Shown: positions 36,081-47,128, numbered from the stretch's first letter. The stretch is 53,389 nt of DNA from Sphingomonadales bacterium (GCA_014763785.1 JACXUS010000001.1:1-53389); one strand, 5' to 3'. Notes: generated by a model from the letters alone, not told the origin. Program-made: numbers and translations.

Positions 36081-39006
36081 TCCACGGCTTTTTGCCCTGC
36101 CGCCCGGCGTCGATTTCCCGCGCGCGCTTGTCCGCGGTCTGATCGAACGGATGGCGGGTCAGCCCCCCGAGGCGATGGCGCGCGTCCGGCTTCTGGCCAA
36201 TTCGGGGCGGATGCAGCGCCGGATCCGCGAGGAATTCGACCGGCATGGCGCGATGTTCCTGCCGCGCATGGGGCTGGTCACCGATTTCGCGGCGCATCCC
36301 TTGCCGGGCGTCCCCCCGGCGGTGCCCGATCTGCGCCGTCGGCTGGAGCTGGCGCAGCTGGTGCGCGGTCTGACCGCCCGACTGCCGCAATTCGAGGCCG
36401 GAACCAGTGAAATGGCGCTGGCCGACAGTCTCGCCGCGCTGATGGCCGAGATGCAGGACGAGGGTGTCACCCCCGAGGTGCTCGAGACCCTCGATATCGC
36501 GGAAACCCATGGCGCCCATTGGCAGCGCAGCCTCGACTTCATCCGCATCGTCGCGCGCTATTTCGATCTGGCCGAGGCGCCCGACCGGCAGGGACGGCAG
36601 CGCCGCGCGATCGAGGCAACCACGCAGGATTGGTCGAAAACCCCGCCGCGGGATCCGGTCGTCATCGCGGGGTCTACGGGTTCGCGCGGATCCACCGCGC
36701 TGCTGATGCAGGCTGTGGCCCGCTTGCCGTCGGGATATGTCGTCCTGCCCGGATTCGATTTCGACATGCCGCAGACCGCGTGGGATAGTCTCTATTCCGG
36801 CGCGATTCCGGGCGAGGACCATCCGCAATTCCGGTTCCGGTCGATGCTTGAGACCTTGGGATTGCAGCGCGCAGATGTGCAGCGCTGGACGATGGCCACG
36901 CCCGCGGCGCCGGGCCGCAATGCGCTGGTCTCGCTTGCGCTGCGCCCGCCACCGGTCACCGACCGTTGGATGCAGGAGGGGCGCGAGCTGCCCGATCTGG
37001 CGCAAGTGACCGCCGATATGACGCTGATCGAGGCCAGCGACCCGCGTCGGGAAGCGCTGGCGATCGCCCTGGTGCTGCGTGAAGCGGCGGAAACCGGCCA
37101 GCATGCGGCTGTGATCACACCCGATCGACTGTTGACGCGGCGGATTGCGGCGGCGCTGGATCGTTGGGGCATCGTGCCCGATGACAGCGCGGGGCATCCG
37201 CTGCAGCAGACGGCACCGGGGCGCCTGCTGCGCCATGTTGCGGCGATGCAGGGGCGCAGGCCTACGCTGGAAACGCTGTTGCTCCTGCTCAAGCATCCGC
37301 TGACGGCGACCGGCGGCGGGATGCGCGGGGCGCATCTGCGGTTCACGCGAGAGCTGGAATTGCGGCTGCGGCGCTACGGTCCGGCGTTCCCCGATGCGGC
37401 AGCGCTGCAGAAATGGGCGGGAACCGAGGATCCCGCGCGCAGGCTTTGGGTGGATTGGCTGGCCGAGGTGATAGCAGGGCTCGAACATGCCGGTTCAGAG
37501 CCGCTTTCCGCCATGATCGAGACGCATCTTGCGCGATCCGAACGGCTTGCGGCGGGCCCCGGCGGGCGGGCCGAGGCGAGTGAGCTGTGGCGTGAGGCGG
37601 GCGGGATGGAATGCCTGCGGCTGTTCGAGGAGCTGCGCGCCGAAGCGTCTTTCGGCGGTGACTACAGCCCCGCGGATTATAGCGATCTGGTGACGCGGCT
37701 TTTGCAGGGCGGGCTCGTGCGCGAGAGTGGTGCCGCCCATCCGCTGATCTCGATACAAGGGACGCTTGAGGCCCGCGCAATCGAAGCCGATCTGGTCATT
37801 CTGGCTGGATTGAATGAGGGGGTCTGGCCCGCAACGCCCGCACCCGACCCTTGGCTGAGCCGCAAGATGCGGCTGGATTCGGGTCTATTATTGCCCGAAA
37901 GGCAGATCGGCCTGTCGGCGCATGACTTTCAGATTGCGATCGGGGCCCCTCGTGTCGTGTTAAGCCGTGCCCGTCGCGATGCCGATGCCGAGACGATCCC
38001 GGCGCGCTGGCTCAACCGGATGACGAACCTTCTCGGTGGGCTGGCGGAGACGGGCGGACCCGAGGCGCTTGCCCAAATGCGGCGGCGCGGTCAGGCGTGG
38101 CTTGCGCAGGCCGAGGCGCTCGAGGCGCCGCGGATGCGTCTGGAGCGTGCCGCACGGCCCGCGCCCCGTCCGCCGGTCGAGGCGCGCCCGCGGGAATTGC
38201 CGGTGACGGCGATCAAGAAGCTGATCCGCGACCCCTATGCCGTCTATGCCGAACGTATCCTGCGACTGCGACCGCTAGATCCGCTGCGCCCCGCGCCGGA
38301 TCCGCGCGAACGGGGGCAGGTGCTGCACCTGATCGTTGAACGCTTCGTCAAGGGGCGGCCCGTCGCTGAGGCGCTCGACGCCGCGGTGAGCCGGCTGAGG
38401 CAGATCGCCGAGGAGACGGTCGCGGCCGAAGTTCCCTGGCCGAGCGCGCAGCGGTTGTGGCTGGCGCGGATCGGGCGGATCGCCGAGAAATTCGCGACGG
38501 ATGAAGCGCGGCGGGCCGAGCTGGGGCACCCCGCCGTAATCGAGAAAAAAGGCTCTATTCCGCTGCAAAAGGTGATGTTCACGCTGACCGCCAAGCCCGA
38601 CCGGATAGACATTCTCGAGGATGGCTCGGTGCATATCTTCGATTACAAATCCGGCGTGCCGCCGAAAAAGCCCGAGGTGCTGCACTTTGACAAGCAGCTC
38701 CTGCTTGAGGCGGCGATGGCCGAGCGGGGCGCCTTCGAGCAGATCGGGCCGCGGCACGTTCACGCGATGACCTATGTGCGGCTGGGCGGCGAGGGCGAGA
38801 CCGTCGATATCTCGACCGACGACGAGACCATCGACGAGGTCTGGCAGAAATTCGAGGCGCTGATGGCGCGGTATTTGCAGGCGGATCAGGGCTATACCTC
38901 GCGGCGGGCGATGCAGAAATCCGAGGATCGCGGCGACTTTGACCATCTTGCGCGCTATGGTGAATGGGAGCTGAGCGCCGCGCCGCAGCCCGAGGTGCTC
39001 GAATGA
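36073..39006 (+). CDS. addB: Double-strand break repair protein AddB
   Basis: PPGVDF, AGSTGS, GLNEG.WP, IRDPYA.YA, nuclease DRID...DYKSG...QL..EA. Confidence 0.95.
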   Translation: MSDPRLFALPPGVDFPRALVRGLIERMAGQPPEAMARVRLLANSGRMQRRIREEFDRHGAMFLPRMGLVTDFAAHPLPGVPPAVPDLRRRLELAQLVRGLTARLPQFEAGTSEMALADSLAALMAEMQDEGVTPEVLETLDIAETHGAHWQRSLDFIRIVARYFDLAEAPDRQGRQRRAIEATTQDWSKTPPRDPVVIAGSTGSRGSTALLMQAVARLPSGYVVLPGFDFDMPQTAWDSLYSGAIPGEDHPQFRFRSMLETLGLQRADVQRWTMATPAAPGRNALVSLALRPPPVTDRWMQEGRELPDLAQVTADMTLIEASDPRREALAIALVLREAAETGQHAAVITPDRLLTRRIAAALDRWGIVPDDSAGHPLQQTAPGRLLRHVAAMQGRRPTLETLLLLLKHPLTATGGGMRGAHLRFTRELELRLRRYGPAFPDAAALQKWAGTEDPARRLWVDWLAEVIAGLEHAGSEPLSAMIETHLARSERLAAGPGGRAEASELWREAGGMECLRLFEELRAEASFGGDYSPADYSDLVTRLLQGGLVRESGAAHPLISIQGTLEARAIEADLVILAGLNEGVWPATPAPDPWLSRKMRLDSGLLLPERQIGLSAHDFQIAIGAPRVVLSRARRDADAETIPARWLNRMTNLLGGLAETGGPEALAQMRRRGQAWLAQAEALEAPRMRLERAARPAPRPPVEARPRELPVTAIKKLIRDPYAVYAERILRLRPLDPLRPAPDPRERGQVLHLIVERFVKGRPVAEALDAAVSRLRQIAEETVAAEVPWPSAQRLWLARIGRIAEKFATDEARRAELGHPAVIEKKGSIPLQKVMFTLTAKPDRIDILEDGSVHIFDYKSGVPPKKPEVLHFDKQLLLEAAMAERGAFEQIGPRHVHAMTYVRLGGEGETVDISTDDETIDEVWQKFEALMARYLQADQGYTSRRAMQKSEDRGDFDHLARYGEWELSAAPQPEVLE

Positions 39007-42000
39007 GCGTGCCCGATCAGGCCAGCCTCGCGCAACGCCGGGCCGCCGAACCCGCCGCCTCGACCTGGCTTTCGGCGAATGCCGGTTCGGGCAAGACCAA
39101 GGTGCTGACCGACCGCGTCGCGCGGCTGCTTTTGGGCGGAACAGAGCCACAAAAGGTGCTGTGCCTGACCTATACCAAGGCGGCGGCGGCCGAGATGCAG
39201 AACCGGCTGCTGGCGCGGCTTGGCCAATGGGCGATGCTGCCCGACGCCGAGCTGCGCGGCCAGCTTGCAGCGCTGGGCGAGGAGGGCGCGATCGACGCCG
39301 AGCGTCTGGCGCAGGCGCGTCGGCTGTTTGCCAAGGCGATCGAGACGCCGGGCGGGCTGAAGATTCAGACGATCCATTCCTTCTGTGCGTCTCTGTTGCG
39401 GCGGTTTCCGCTCGAGGCCGGGGTCTCGCATGGCTTTTCGGAGATGGACGACCGCGCGGGCGATCTGCTGCGCAGCGATATCCTTGAGGAGATGGCTGCA
39501 GGCCCGGATCGGCCGGTGTTCGATGCGCTGGCGATGGCTTTTCCCGCCGCTGACCTTGAGGGGTTGGTTAAGGAAATCAGCCATAACAGAGACGGTTTTC
39601 GCGTTGAAGCGACGCCAGAGATGGCGCGCGGCCTCTATGGCCTGCCGCAGGATCTGCACCTCGAGGATTTGATCGCGCAGGCCCTGCGCCCGTCGGATTT
39701 CACGATGATCCGGGAACTGCTGCCGCTGCTAGCGGCCAGTTCGATCAATGATCAGAAGCTTGGTGCCAAGCTGGCACTGGTCGACGGGCCGACGCCGCGC
39801 GGTCTGGAACGGCTCGAAGATGCGCTGATGTATGCCAAGAAAGAGCAGGGGCCGAAGCTGGGCAAGCTGATCACCAAGGCGCTGACGAATGGCCCGGCGG
39901 CACATCTGGTGGATGCGCTCGACGATCTGGCCGAACGGGTGGCCGAGGCGCGGGCCAAGCGGCTGGCGTTGATCGCGGCGGAGCGGCTCGTGATCCTTAA
40001 CCGTTTTGCCCGCGCGTTTCTGGCACATCTCGACCGGCGCAAGGCCGCGCGCGGCTGGCTCGACTTCGACGATCTGATCGAGCGCGCGGGGGCGCTGCTC
40101 AGCGATCCGTCGGTCGCGCAATGGGTGCTGTTCCGGCTGGACGGCGGGATCGACCATATTCTGGTCGATGAGGCGCAGGACACAAGCCCCGGGCAATGGG
40201 CGGTGATCGAGCGGCTGGCCGATGAATTCACCGCCGGTGAGGGCGCGCGCGGCGAGCCGCGGACGATCTTTGTCGTGGGCGATCGCAAGCAGTCGATCTA
40301 TTCCTTTCAGGGCGCCGATCTGCAGCGATTTGAGGCGATGCAGAGCCACTTTTCGGCGAAGTTCGAGGGCGTCGGGCGGCCGCTGCAAGAGATGCTCTTG
40401 CGGCATTCCTTCCGGTCGTCGCATGCCGTACTGCGGCTGGTCGACCTGACCTTTTCCGGGGCCGCAGCGAAGGGCTTGGGTGGGGTGCCCGAACATATCG
40501 CCTTCAAGGCGGCGCTGCCCGGGCGGGTCGATCTGTGGCCGCCGGTGGCGAAACCGGAGAAGCCCGAGGAGCACCCTTGGGAATCGCCCGTCGATCTGAT
40601 CGGGGCGCAGGATGCGCCGGTGGTGCTGGCCCGCGCGATTGCCGCCGAGATCCGCGCCATGATCGAGGCGGGGGTGCAGCTGCCCGAGGGCGAGGGCGCG
40701 CGTCCGGTGACCGAGGGCGATTTCCTGATCCTGGTGCAGCGCCGCGGACCGCTCTTTGCCGAGATCATCCGCGCCTGCAAGGCCGAGGGGCTGGCGATCG
40801 CCGGCGCCGACCGTCTCAAGCTGGGGGCCGAGCTGGCGGTGCGCGATATCGGCTCTGTTCTGGCGTTTTTGGCTACGCCAGAGGATGATCTGGCGCTGGC
40901 CGAGGCGCTGAAATCGCCGCTTTTCGGGTGGTCCGAGGCCGAGCTCTATCGGCTGGCGCAACCGCGCAGGGGCTATCTTTGGGAGGCCCTGCGCAACAGC
41001 GACCTGCGCCCCGAGACGCTGGCGATGCTGCAGGATCTGCGCGATCAGGCCGATTTCCTGCGTCCTTTCGAGCTGATCGAGCGGCTTCTGACCCGCCACG
41101 GCGGGCGCGAACGGCTGGTGGCACGGCTCGGCCCCGAGGCCGAGGACGGGATCGACGAGCTGATCGCCCAAGCCCTGGCCTTCGAGCGCGCCGAGGTGCC
41201 GAGCCTGACCGGCTTTCTCGGTTGGCTCTCGGCCGATGATGTCGAGGTGAAGCGCCAGCTCGGCAGCGGCGGCGGCGCGATCCGCGTGATGACGGTGCAT
41301 GGCTCGAAGGGGCTCGAAGCGCCGATCGTGATCCTGCCGGATACGGCCAGTTCGGGCAGCCCGCCGCGCGGAGAAATCTTCCGTTTGGCGGGGGGCGAGG
41401 CCGCGTGGCGCGTCAGCCCCGATGACATGCCGCCCGAGCTGCGCGCCGCCTATGATGCGGAGATCGCGCGTACCGCCGAGGAAAAGATGCGGCTCTTGTA
41501 TGTGGCGATGACGCGGGCCGAGAAATGGCTGATCGTCGCCGCAGCGGGCGATGTCGGCGACGGCGAGAAAAGCTGGTATGCGCTGATGCGTCAGGGGTTG
41601 GAAAAGGCCGGGATCGAGGCGGCGCAGGGTCTTTCGCCGCAGGTTCAGGCCCTGGGCGAAATCGCGCGCCACAGCCATGCCGAGTGGCCTGCGCCCGCCG
41701 CGGCCCGGGTGCGCACGGATCTGGCCCTGGCCGATCTGCCCGACTGGGCGCGCCTGCCCGCGCCGCGCCCGGAGAAGCCTGCGCAGGCGCTGTCGCCCTC
41801 GGATCTGGGGGGCGCCAAGGCGCTGCCGGGCGAGGCTGCCTTGCTGGACGAAGAGGCCGCAAAACGCCGTGGCCGCGCGATCCATCTGTTGCTGGAGCAT
41901 CTGCCGGGCGTGCCGCCGGAGCATTGGCCCGAGCTGGCCGCCGAGCTGCTGCCAGAGCCGGATTCAGCCGAAACAGAGACATATCTGGACGAGGCCACGC

Positions 42001-42362
42001 GGGTGCTGAGCGCCCCGGCGATGCAGCCCTTTCTGGTGCCCGAGGCGCTGGCAGAGGTGGAGATCACCGCCGCGCTTCCCGAGCTGGGCGGGCGGCGCAT
42101 CCATGGCATCATCGACCGGCTTGTGATCACAGCCGAGACGGTCGAGGTGCTCGATTACAAATCGAACGCTGTGGTGCCCGCGGATGTGGAGCAGGTGCCC
42201 CTGGGTATTGTGCGGCAGATGGCCGCCTATCGCGCGGCGCTGATGCAGATCTATCCCGGCCGGGCGATCCGCTGCACGGTGCTGTGGACCGCCACGGGGG
42301 GGGCGATGGTGCTGCCCGACGCACAGCTTGATGCGGCAATCCGCAGCGCTACCCTATCTTGA
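39003..42362 (+). CDS. addA: Double-strand break repair helicase AddA
   Basis: ANAGSGKT, TYTKAAA.EM, TIHSFC, VDEAQD, VGD.KQSIYSFQGA, TVHG.KGLE, YVAMTRA, G.IDRL..DYKS. Confidence 0.96.
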   Translation: MSVPDQASLAQRRAAEPAASTWLSANAGSGKTKVLTDRVARLLLGGTEPQKVLCLTYTKAAAAEMQNRLLARLGQWAMLPDAELRGQLAALGEEGAIDAERLAQARRLFAKAIETPGGLKIQTIHSFCASLLRRFPLEAGVSHGFSEMDDRAGDLLRSDILEEMAAGPDRPVFDALAMAFPAADLEGLVKEISHNRDGFRVEATPEMARGLYGLPQDLHLEDLIAQALRPSDFTMIRELLPLLAASSINDQKLGAKLALVDGPTPRGLERLEDALMYAKKEQGPKLGKLITKALTNGPAAHLVDALDDLAERVAEARAKRLALIAAERLVILNRFARAFLAHLDRRKAARGWLDFDDLIERAGALLSDPSVAQWVLFRLDGGIDHILVDEAQDTSPGQWAVIERLADEFTAGEGARGEPRTIFVVGDRKQSIYSFQGADLQRFEAMQSHFSAKFEGVGRPLQEMLLRHSFRSSHAVLRLVDLTFSGAAAKGLGGVPEHIAFKAALPGRVDLWPPVAKPEKPEEHPWESPVDLIGAQDAPVVLARAIAAEIRAMIEAGVQLPEGEGARPVTEGDFLILVQRRGPLFAEIIRACKAEGLAIAGADRLKLGAELAVRDIGSVLAFLATPEDDLALAEALKSPLFGWSEAELYRLAQPRRGYLWEALRNSDLRPETLAMLQDLRDQADFLRPFELIERLLTRHGGRERLVARLGPEAEDGIDELIAQALAFERAEVPSLTGFLGWLSADDVEVKRQLGSGGGAIRVMTVHGSKGLEAPIVILPDTASSGSPPRGEIFRLAGGEAAWRVSPDDMPPELRAAYDAEIARTAEEKMRLLYVAMTRAEKWLIVAAAGDVGDGEKSWYALMRQGLEKAGIEAAQGLSPQVQALGEIARHSHAEWPAPAAARVRTDLALADLPDWARLPAPRPEKPAQALSPSDLGGAKALPGEAALLDEEAAKRRGRAIHLLLEHLPGVPPEHWPELAAELLPEPDSAETETYLDEATRVLSAPAMQPFLVPEALAEVEITAALPELGGRRIHGIIDRLVITAETVEVLDYKSNAVVPADVEQVPLGIVRQMAAYRAALMQIYPGRAIRCTVLWTATGGAMVLPDAQLDAAIRSATLS

Positions 42363-42386
42363 CGGTGCAGGGCGCGCGCCCTACCT
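42358..42386 (+). promoter_or_regulatory. Putative RpoH-type promoter of trxA
   Basis: CTTG-N17-CCCTACCT resembles alphaproteobacterial RpoH promoters. Confidence 0.5.
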
Positions 42387-42416
42387 TCGCCGCAACCCAA
42401 TCTTCAGGAGATGCAC

Positions 42417-42737
42417 ATGGCTACCGTTGCCGTCACCGATGCGACTTTCGATCAGGAAGTCCGCAAATCCGATATCCCGGTCGTGGTCGATTTCTGGGCC
42501 GAATGGTGCGGCCCCTGCCGGATGATCGGCCCCTCGCTCGAGGAGCTGTCGGCGGAAATGGAAGGCAAGATCAAGGTCGTGAAGGTCAACGTCGACGAAA
42601 ACCCCGACAGCCCGGCCGTTCTGGGCGTGCGCGGGATCCCGGCGCTGTTCCTGTTCAAGGACGGTCAGGTCGTGTCGAACAAGGTCGGCGCCGCGCCGAA
42701 AGCCGCGCTGCAGGCCTGGATCGAATCGGCGATCTGA
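42417..42737 (+). CDS. trxA: Thioredoxin
   Basis: [10 protein letters not shown]; SD AGGAG. Confidence 0.97.
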   Translation: MATVAVTDATFDQEVRKSDIPVVVDFWAEWCGPCRMIGPSLEELSAEMEGKIKVVKVNVDENPDSPAVLGVRGIPALFLFKDGQVVSNKVGAAPKAALQAWIESAI

Positions 42738-42757
42738 TCGCCCGTGAAAGACCGCTG

Positions 42758-42782
42758 AAAGGGCGCCCTCGGGCGCCCTTTT
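42758..42782 (+). terminator. Rho-independent terminator after trxA
   Basis: AAAGGGCGCCC-TC-GGGCGCCCTTTT. Confidence 0.8.
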
Positions 42783-42795
42783 GCATGGCCGCGGG

Positions 42796-42823
42796 TTGCA
42801 GGGCGCGGCGCGGGCGCTCATAT
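42796..42823 (+). promoter_or_regulatory. Putative RpoH heat-shock promoter of hslVU
   Basis: TTG-N18-CTCATAT upstream of a known heat-shock operon. Confidence 0.55.
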
Positions 42824-42845
42824 CGGGGCAAACGGAGGATCACGG

Positions 42846-43403
42846 ATGAGCGACGACAAATTCCCCGGCTGGCATGGCACCACGATCATCGGCGTGCGCA
42901 GGGGCGGGCGCGTGGTGGTGGCGGGCGACGGGCAGGTGAGCCTGGGCCAGACGGTGATCAAGGGCACGGCGCGCAAGGTGCGGCGGCTGAACCCCGGCGG
43001 GCATGAGGTGGTGGCAGGTTTTGCAGGCTCGACCGCGGATGCCTTCACCCTGCTCGAGCGGCTGGAGAAGAAATTGGAGGCCGCGCCCGGGCAGCTGGCG
43101 CGCGCCTGTGTCGAGCTAGCCAAGGACTGGCGGATGGACAAATACCTGCGCAACCTCGAGGCGATGCTGATCGTGACCGATGGCGCCGATCTTTATGTGA
43201 TCACCGGAGCGGGCGATGTGCTCGAGCCCGAACATGACGTGGCGGCGATCGGCTCCGGCGGGAACTATGCGCTGGCCGCCGCGCGCGGGCTGATGGAGAC
43301 CGACCTCGATGCCGAGGCGGTGACCCGCAAGGCGATGGCGATTGCGGCCGATATCTGCGTTTACACGAATGGCAATCTGACGGTGGAGAGCATCGCGAAA
43401 TGA
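42846..43403 (+). CDS. hslV: ATP-dependent protease peptidase subunit HslV
   Basis: HG-TTI N-terminal Thr, GDGQVS, GFAG.TAD, IGSGG, DICVYTN. Confidence 0.97.
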   Translation: MSDDKFPGWHGTTIIGVRRGGRVVVAGDGQVSLGQTVIKGTARKVRRLNPGGHEVVAGFAGSTADAFTLLERLEKKLEAAPGQLARACVELAKDWRMDKYLRNLEAMLIVTDGADLYVITGAGDVLEPEHDVAAIGSGGNYALAAARGLMETDLDAEAVTRKAMAIAADICVYTNGNLTVESIAK

Positions 43404-44701
43404 CCAACCTCACCCCGCGCGAGATCGTCTCGGAACTCGATCGTTTCATCATCGGCCAGTCGGACGCCAAACGCGCCGTCGCGGTCGCCCTGCGCAACCG
43501 CTGGCGCCGCAAGCAGCTCGGCCCAGAGCTGCGCGACGAGGTCTACCCCAAGAACATCCTGATGATCGGGCCGACCGGCGTCGGCAAGACCGAGATCAGC
43601 CGCCGTCTGGCGAAACTGGCGCGCGCGCCCTTCCTCAAGGTCGAGGCGACGAAATTCACCGAGGTGGGCTATGTCGGCCGCGATGTCGAGCAGATCATCC
43701 GCGATCTGACCGATGCCGCGATGATCGAGACGCGTGAGCGGATGCGCGAGGATGTGAAGGCCCGCGCCCACAAGGCCGCCGAGGATCGGGTGGTCGAGGC
43801 GATCGCCGGCACCGACGCCCGCGAGGCCACGCGCGAGATGTTCCGCACCAAGCTGCGGGCGGGTGAGCTTGATGACAAGCAGATCGAGATCGAGGTGGCC
43901 GATAGCCCCACCGCAACGCCTGCGATGTTCGGCGCGCCGGGGATGGAGCAGCAAATGCAGGGGCTGCAGGATCTGTTCAAGGCCTTCGGTGGCGCGCGGC
44001 GCACGCGGCGCAAGATGTCAGTCGCGGAAAGCTATGAGATCCTGATCGGCGAAGAGGCCGACAAGCTTCTGGATGACGAGACGGTCAAGGCCGCGGCGCT
44101 GGAGGCGGTGCAGCAAAGCGGCATCGTCTTCATCGATGAAATCGACAAGGTTGCCGCCCGGGCCGAGGCGCGTGGCGCCGACGTCAGCCGCGAGGGGGTG
44201 CAACGCGATCTGCTGCCCTTGATCGAGGGCACGACGGTTTCGACGAAATACGGGCCGGTGAAGACCGATCATATCCTCTTCATCGCTTCGGGGGCGTTCC
44301 ATATCGCCAAACCCTCGGATCTGCTGCCCGAGCTGCAAGGCCGTCTGCCGATCCGGGTCGAGCTGCGCGCGCTGACCGAAGCCGATTTCACCCGCATCCT
44401 GACCGAGACCGACAACGCCCTGACGCGCCAATATGCGGCGCTGATGGCGACCGAAGAGGTCGGCGTGACCTTCACCCCCGACGGTATCGCGGCGCTGGCC
44501 CGGATTGCGGCCGAGGTGAATGCGCAGATCGAGAATATCGGCGCGCGCAGGCTCTATACCGTCATGGAACGGGTCTTCGAGGAGCTGAGCTTCACCGCCT
44601 CCGACCGTGCAGGCGAGGCGGTGACGGTCGATGCGGCCTTCGTAGAGACGCATCTCGGCGATCTGGCGCGCTCGACCGATCTGAGCCGCTACGTCCTCTA
44701 A
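43400..44701 (+). CDS. hslU: ATP-dependent protease ATPase subunit HslU
   Basis: [12 protein letters not shown] pore loop, DEIDK, ELQGR, DLSRYVL. Confidence 0.97.
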   Translation: MTNLTPREIVSELDRFIIGQSDAKRAVAVALRNRWRRKQLGPELRDEVYPKNILMIGPTGVGKTEISRRLAKLARAPFLKVEATKFTEVGYVGRDVEQIIRDLTDAAMIETRERMREDVKARAHKAAEDRVVEAIAGTDAREATREMFRTKLRAGELDDKQIEIEVADSPTATPAMFGAPGMEQQMQGLQDLFKAFGGARRTRRKMSVAESYEILIGEEADKLLDDETVKAAALEAVQQSGIVFIDEIDKVAARAEARGADVSREGVQRDLLPLIEGTTVSTKYGPVKTDHILFIASGAFHIAKPSDLLPELQGRLPIRVELRALTEADFTRILTETDNALTRQYAALMATEEVGVTFTPDGIAALARIAAEVNAQIENIGARRLYTVMERVFEELSFTASDRAGEAVTVDAAFVETHLGDLARSTDLSRYVL

Positions 44702-44761
44702 AGGCGGCTGGCGCAGGATCGGGCTTTTGCTATCCTGCGCTCGCCCGGCCCGGAGGTTCCC

Positions 44762-45853
44762 TTGCGCCGAATCCTGATCGTCTGTGTGATGTTTCTTGCC
44801 GCCTGCGCCCCGCGGGGCGAGCTGGGCTTTGCCCAGGCCCCCGAGCCGGGGCGGCCGATCTTCGTCGGCACGACGCGGAATTTCGATCCGGTGACCGGCG
44901 ATCCGACCGGAACGGACCGTAGCCCCGGACTGGGGCTGGCGCGCTATGATGTGGCGGTGCCGCCCGGTCATCAGCCGGGCCAGATCAGCTATGCCAAGCC
45001 CAATCAGCCCCCCGACCCGGCGCGCGATTTCGTGGTGACCGGCCGCGCCCGCTATCCCGAGGCCAAGGCGTTCCGCACCGATCTGGCGCAGGAGATCGCC
45101 CGAAATGGCGGCGAGGCGGTGGTCTTCGTGCATGGCTACAACACCAATTTTGCCGAGGGCCTTTATCGGCTGGCGCAGCTTGGGGCGGATTTCGATCTGC
45201 CCGGGGTGCTGGTGCATTACGCCTGGCCCTCGCGCGCGCAGGTCATGGGCTATCCCTATGACCGCGATTCGGCCTTGTTCGCGCGCGACGGATTTCAGGA
45301 ACTGCTCGAGGAACTGCGCCGGGCCGGGGCGCAGCGCATTCTGCTGGTCAGCCATTCGATGGGCGGAGCGCTGACCATGGAAACCCTGCGCCAGATGGCG
45401 ATTTCCGCCGATTCAGAGACGCTTTCGCGAATTTCCGGGCTGATCCTGATCTCGCCCGATCTGGATGTCGATGTATTCCGTGCGCAGGTTGCCCGGATGC
45501 CGAAACTGCCCGAGCCCTTCGTGATCTTCACCTCTCAGAAGGACAAGGCGTTGCGGCTGTCGGGCTGGATCAGCGGCGAACCGGCGCGGCTGGGCAATCT
45601 GCAGGATGTCTCGGAGCTGGCCGATATCCGGGTGACCGTGATCGACACCGGCGCCTTCAGCACGCGCGAGGGGCATTTCAACGTGGGCAATTCGCCCGCG
45701 TTGATCGCCATGCTGAACCGCTCTGGGCAGGTGGCTGCAGTGTTGGAAGGTGACCGGACCGGGCAGCCGGGGTTGCTGCCGATGGCGGTTCTGACGGTGC
45801 AGAATGCAACCCAGATCGTGCTGAAGCCGGTGGTCAATCTGGGCGGCGGCTGA
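44762..45853 (+). CDS. Alpha/beta hydrolase lipoprotein (DUF900-like)
   Basis: TTG start with SD GGAGG; lipobox LAAC; FVHGYN, WPS, SHSMG, PDLD. Confidence 0.85.
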   Translation: MRRILIVCVMFLAACAPRGELGFAQAPEPGRPIFVGTTRNFDPVTGDPTGTDRSPGLGLARYDVAVPPGHQPGQISYAKPNQPPDPARDFVVTGRARYPEAKAFRTDLAQEIARNGGEAVVFVHGYNTNFAEGLYRLAQLGADFDLPGVLVHYAWPSRAQVMGYPYDRDSALFARDGFQELLEELRRAGAQRILLVSHSMGGALTMETLRQMAISADSETLSRISGLILISPDLDVDVFRAQVARMPKLPEPFVIFTSQKDKALRLSGWISGEPARLGNLQDVSELADIRVTVIDTGAFSTREGHFNVGNSPALIAMLNRSGQVAAVLEGDRTGQPGLLPMAVLTVQNATQIVLKPVVNLGGG

Positions 45854-46450
45854 TCAGCGGTTGCGCCGCAGATAGACATAATAGGCGCCCGAGCCGCCGT
45901 GCTTCAGATGCGCCTCGGTCACCTGCATGACCACGGGGCCCAAGGGCGGCAGCCGCAGCCACTGCGGCACCTGATGGCGCAGAACCCCCTGCCGCTGCGG
46001 GATCGGGCCATCATCGAGCCCCTTCTTGCCCTTGCCGGTGATCACCAAAGCGAGCCGCACCCCGCGGTCCTGCGCGTTCAGCAGGAACCGGATCAGTTCC
46101 GGATGCGCCTCGGCCAAGGTCATGCCATGCAGGTCGATCCTGGCATCGGGCTCGAGCTTGCCACGGGTCATGTTGCGGTGGGTCTTGCGGTCCATGGCAA
46201 CCGGCTGGCGCGCCAGATGTTCGGCGATCGAGGGCGCCAGATCGTGACGAAAGGCGAAATCCGGCGCGGATTGACCGATCCGGAAATCGCGCACTTCGGG
46301 GCGGGGCTTCAGCTTGGGCGTGGGCGGCGGCGGCGCTTCGGGCTCGGTCTCGGCGGACTGCGGGCGTTTGGCATGGGCATGCTGCACCGTCTTGGCGACG
46401 CGCGACCAGAGCTCGCGCTCCTCCGGGGTCAGCTTGCGGCGGCGCGCCAT
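45854..46450 (-). CDS. Smr/MutS2-domain protein
   Basis: IDLHG.T...A, LVITGKG, HGG.GA.YV. Confidence 0.9.
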   Translation of the reverse strand: MARRRKLTPEERELWSRVAKTVQHAHAKRPQSAETEPEAPPPPTPKLKPRPEVRDFRIGQSAPDFAFRHDLAPSIAEHLARQPVAMDRKTHRNMTRGKLEPDARIDLHGMTLAEAHPELIRFLLNAQDRGVRLALVITGKGKKGLDDGPIPQRQGVLRHQVPQWLRLPPLGPVVMQVTEAHLKHGGSGAYYVYLRRNR

Positions 46451-46465
46451 GCCATGCCCGCCCGA

Positions 46466-47128
46466 TCAACCGCCGGTGGCGATCAGCTGCCAGTTCGGAT
46501 CGGCGCTGCCCATCTGGCGCGCAAAGGTCCACAGATCACGCTGCTTGCGCGGGCTGCGCGGATCGCCCTCGACCACATTGCCCGCCGCGTCGCGCGCCAC
46601 CGAGATCAGCTCGGCACCGAAGCGCACGGTAATTTCGGCCTGCTGCGTCGCGGGGTCGAATTCTGCCTCGGCCAAAGCCAGCTCGCGCAGGCCCAGAAAC
46701 TCGGCCTGAACCGTCAGACCACGGGCATTGCGCCCGGTCACGGCCGCTTCGAAGGCATCGCCAACCTCAGCCCCGAGGAACGGCCGCACCTTGTCCAGAT
46801 CGCCGGTCTCGAAGGCCATCACGATCATTTCATAGGCGCCGCGCGCGCCCTGCAGGAAGTCGGCCACCGAGAAATTCGGCTCGATCCGCTTCATCGCGGC
46901 CAGCGCCTCGGCGCTGGGCGAACCCTCGGGCACATGATCGGTGATATCGCGATCGGGGCCACCCTCGATCACCTCGAAGCCGCGGCGCTGGTTCGGCAGA
47001 GGCGGAACCTCGGGGCGCGGGGTCGTGTCCTCGAACCCGTCCCGTGTTCCCAGCACGCTGCGCAGGCGCAGGATCAGGAAGACGGCGATCGCCGCGAGAA
47101 CGACGAGCTGGATGACGGCATTGGACAT
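46466..47128 (-). CDS. Tim44/TimA family membrane-anchored adaptor
   Basis: TM then LRSVLGTRDG; F..GA..AYEMI..AF..GD; D.WTF.R.....DPNW.L.ATG. Confidence 0.9.
   Translation of the reverse strand: MSNAVIQLVVLAAIAVFLILRLRSVLGTRDGFEDTTPRPEVPPLPNQRRGFEVIEGGPDRDITDHVPEGSPSAEALAAMKRIEPNFSVADFLQGARGAYEMIVMAFETGDLDKVRPFLGAEVGDAFEAAVTGRNARGLTVQAEFLGLRELALAEAEFDPATQQAEITVRFGAELISVARDAAGNVVEGDPRSPRKQRDLWTFARQMGSADPNWQLIATGG

Noticed and set aside
36073-42362. Helicase-nuclease pair as an anti-phage system
   Set aside because: Ordinary AddAB in the conserved tsaE-amgK-murU-addBA-trxA context
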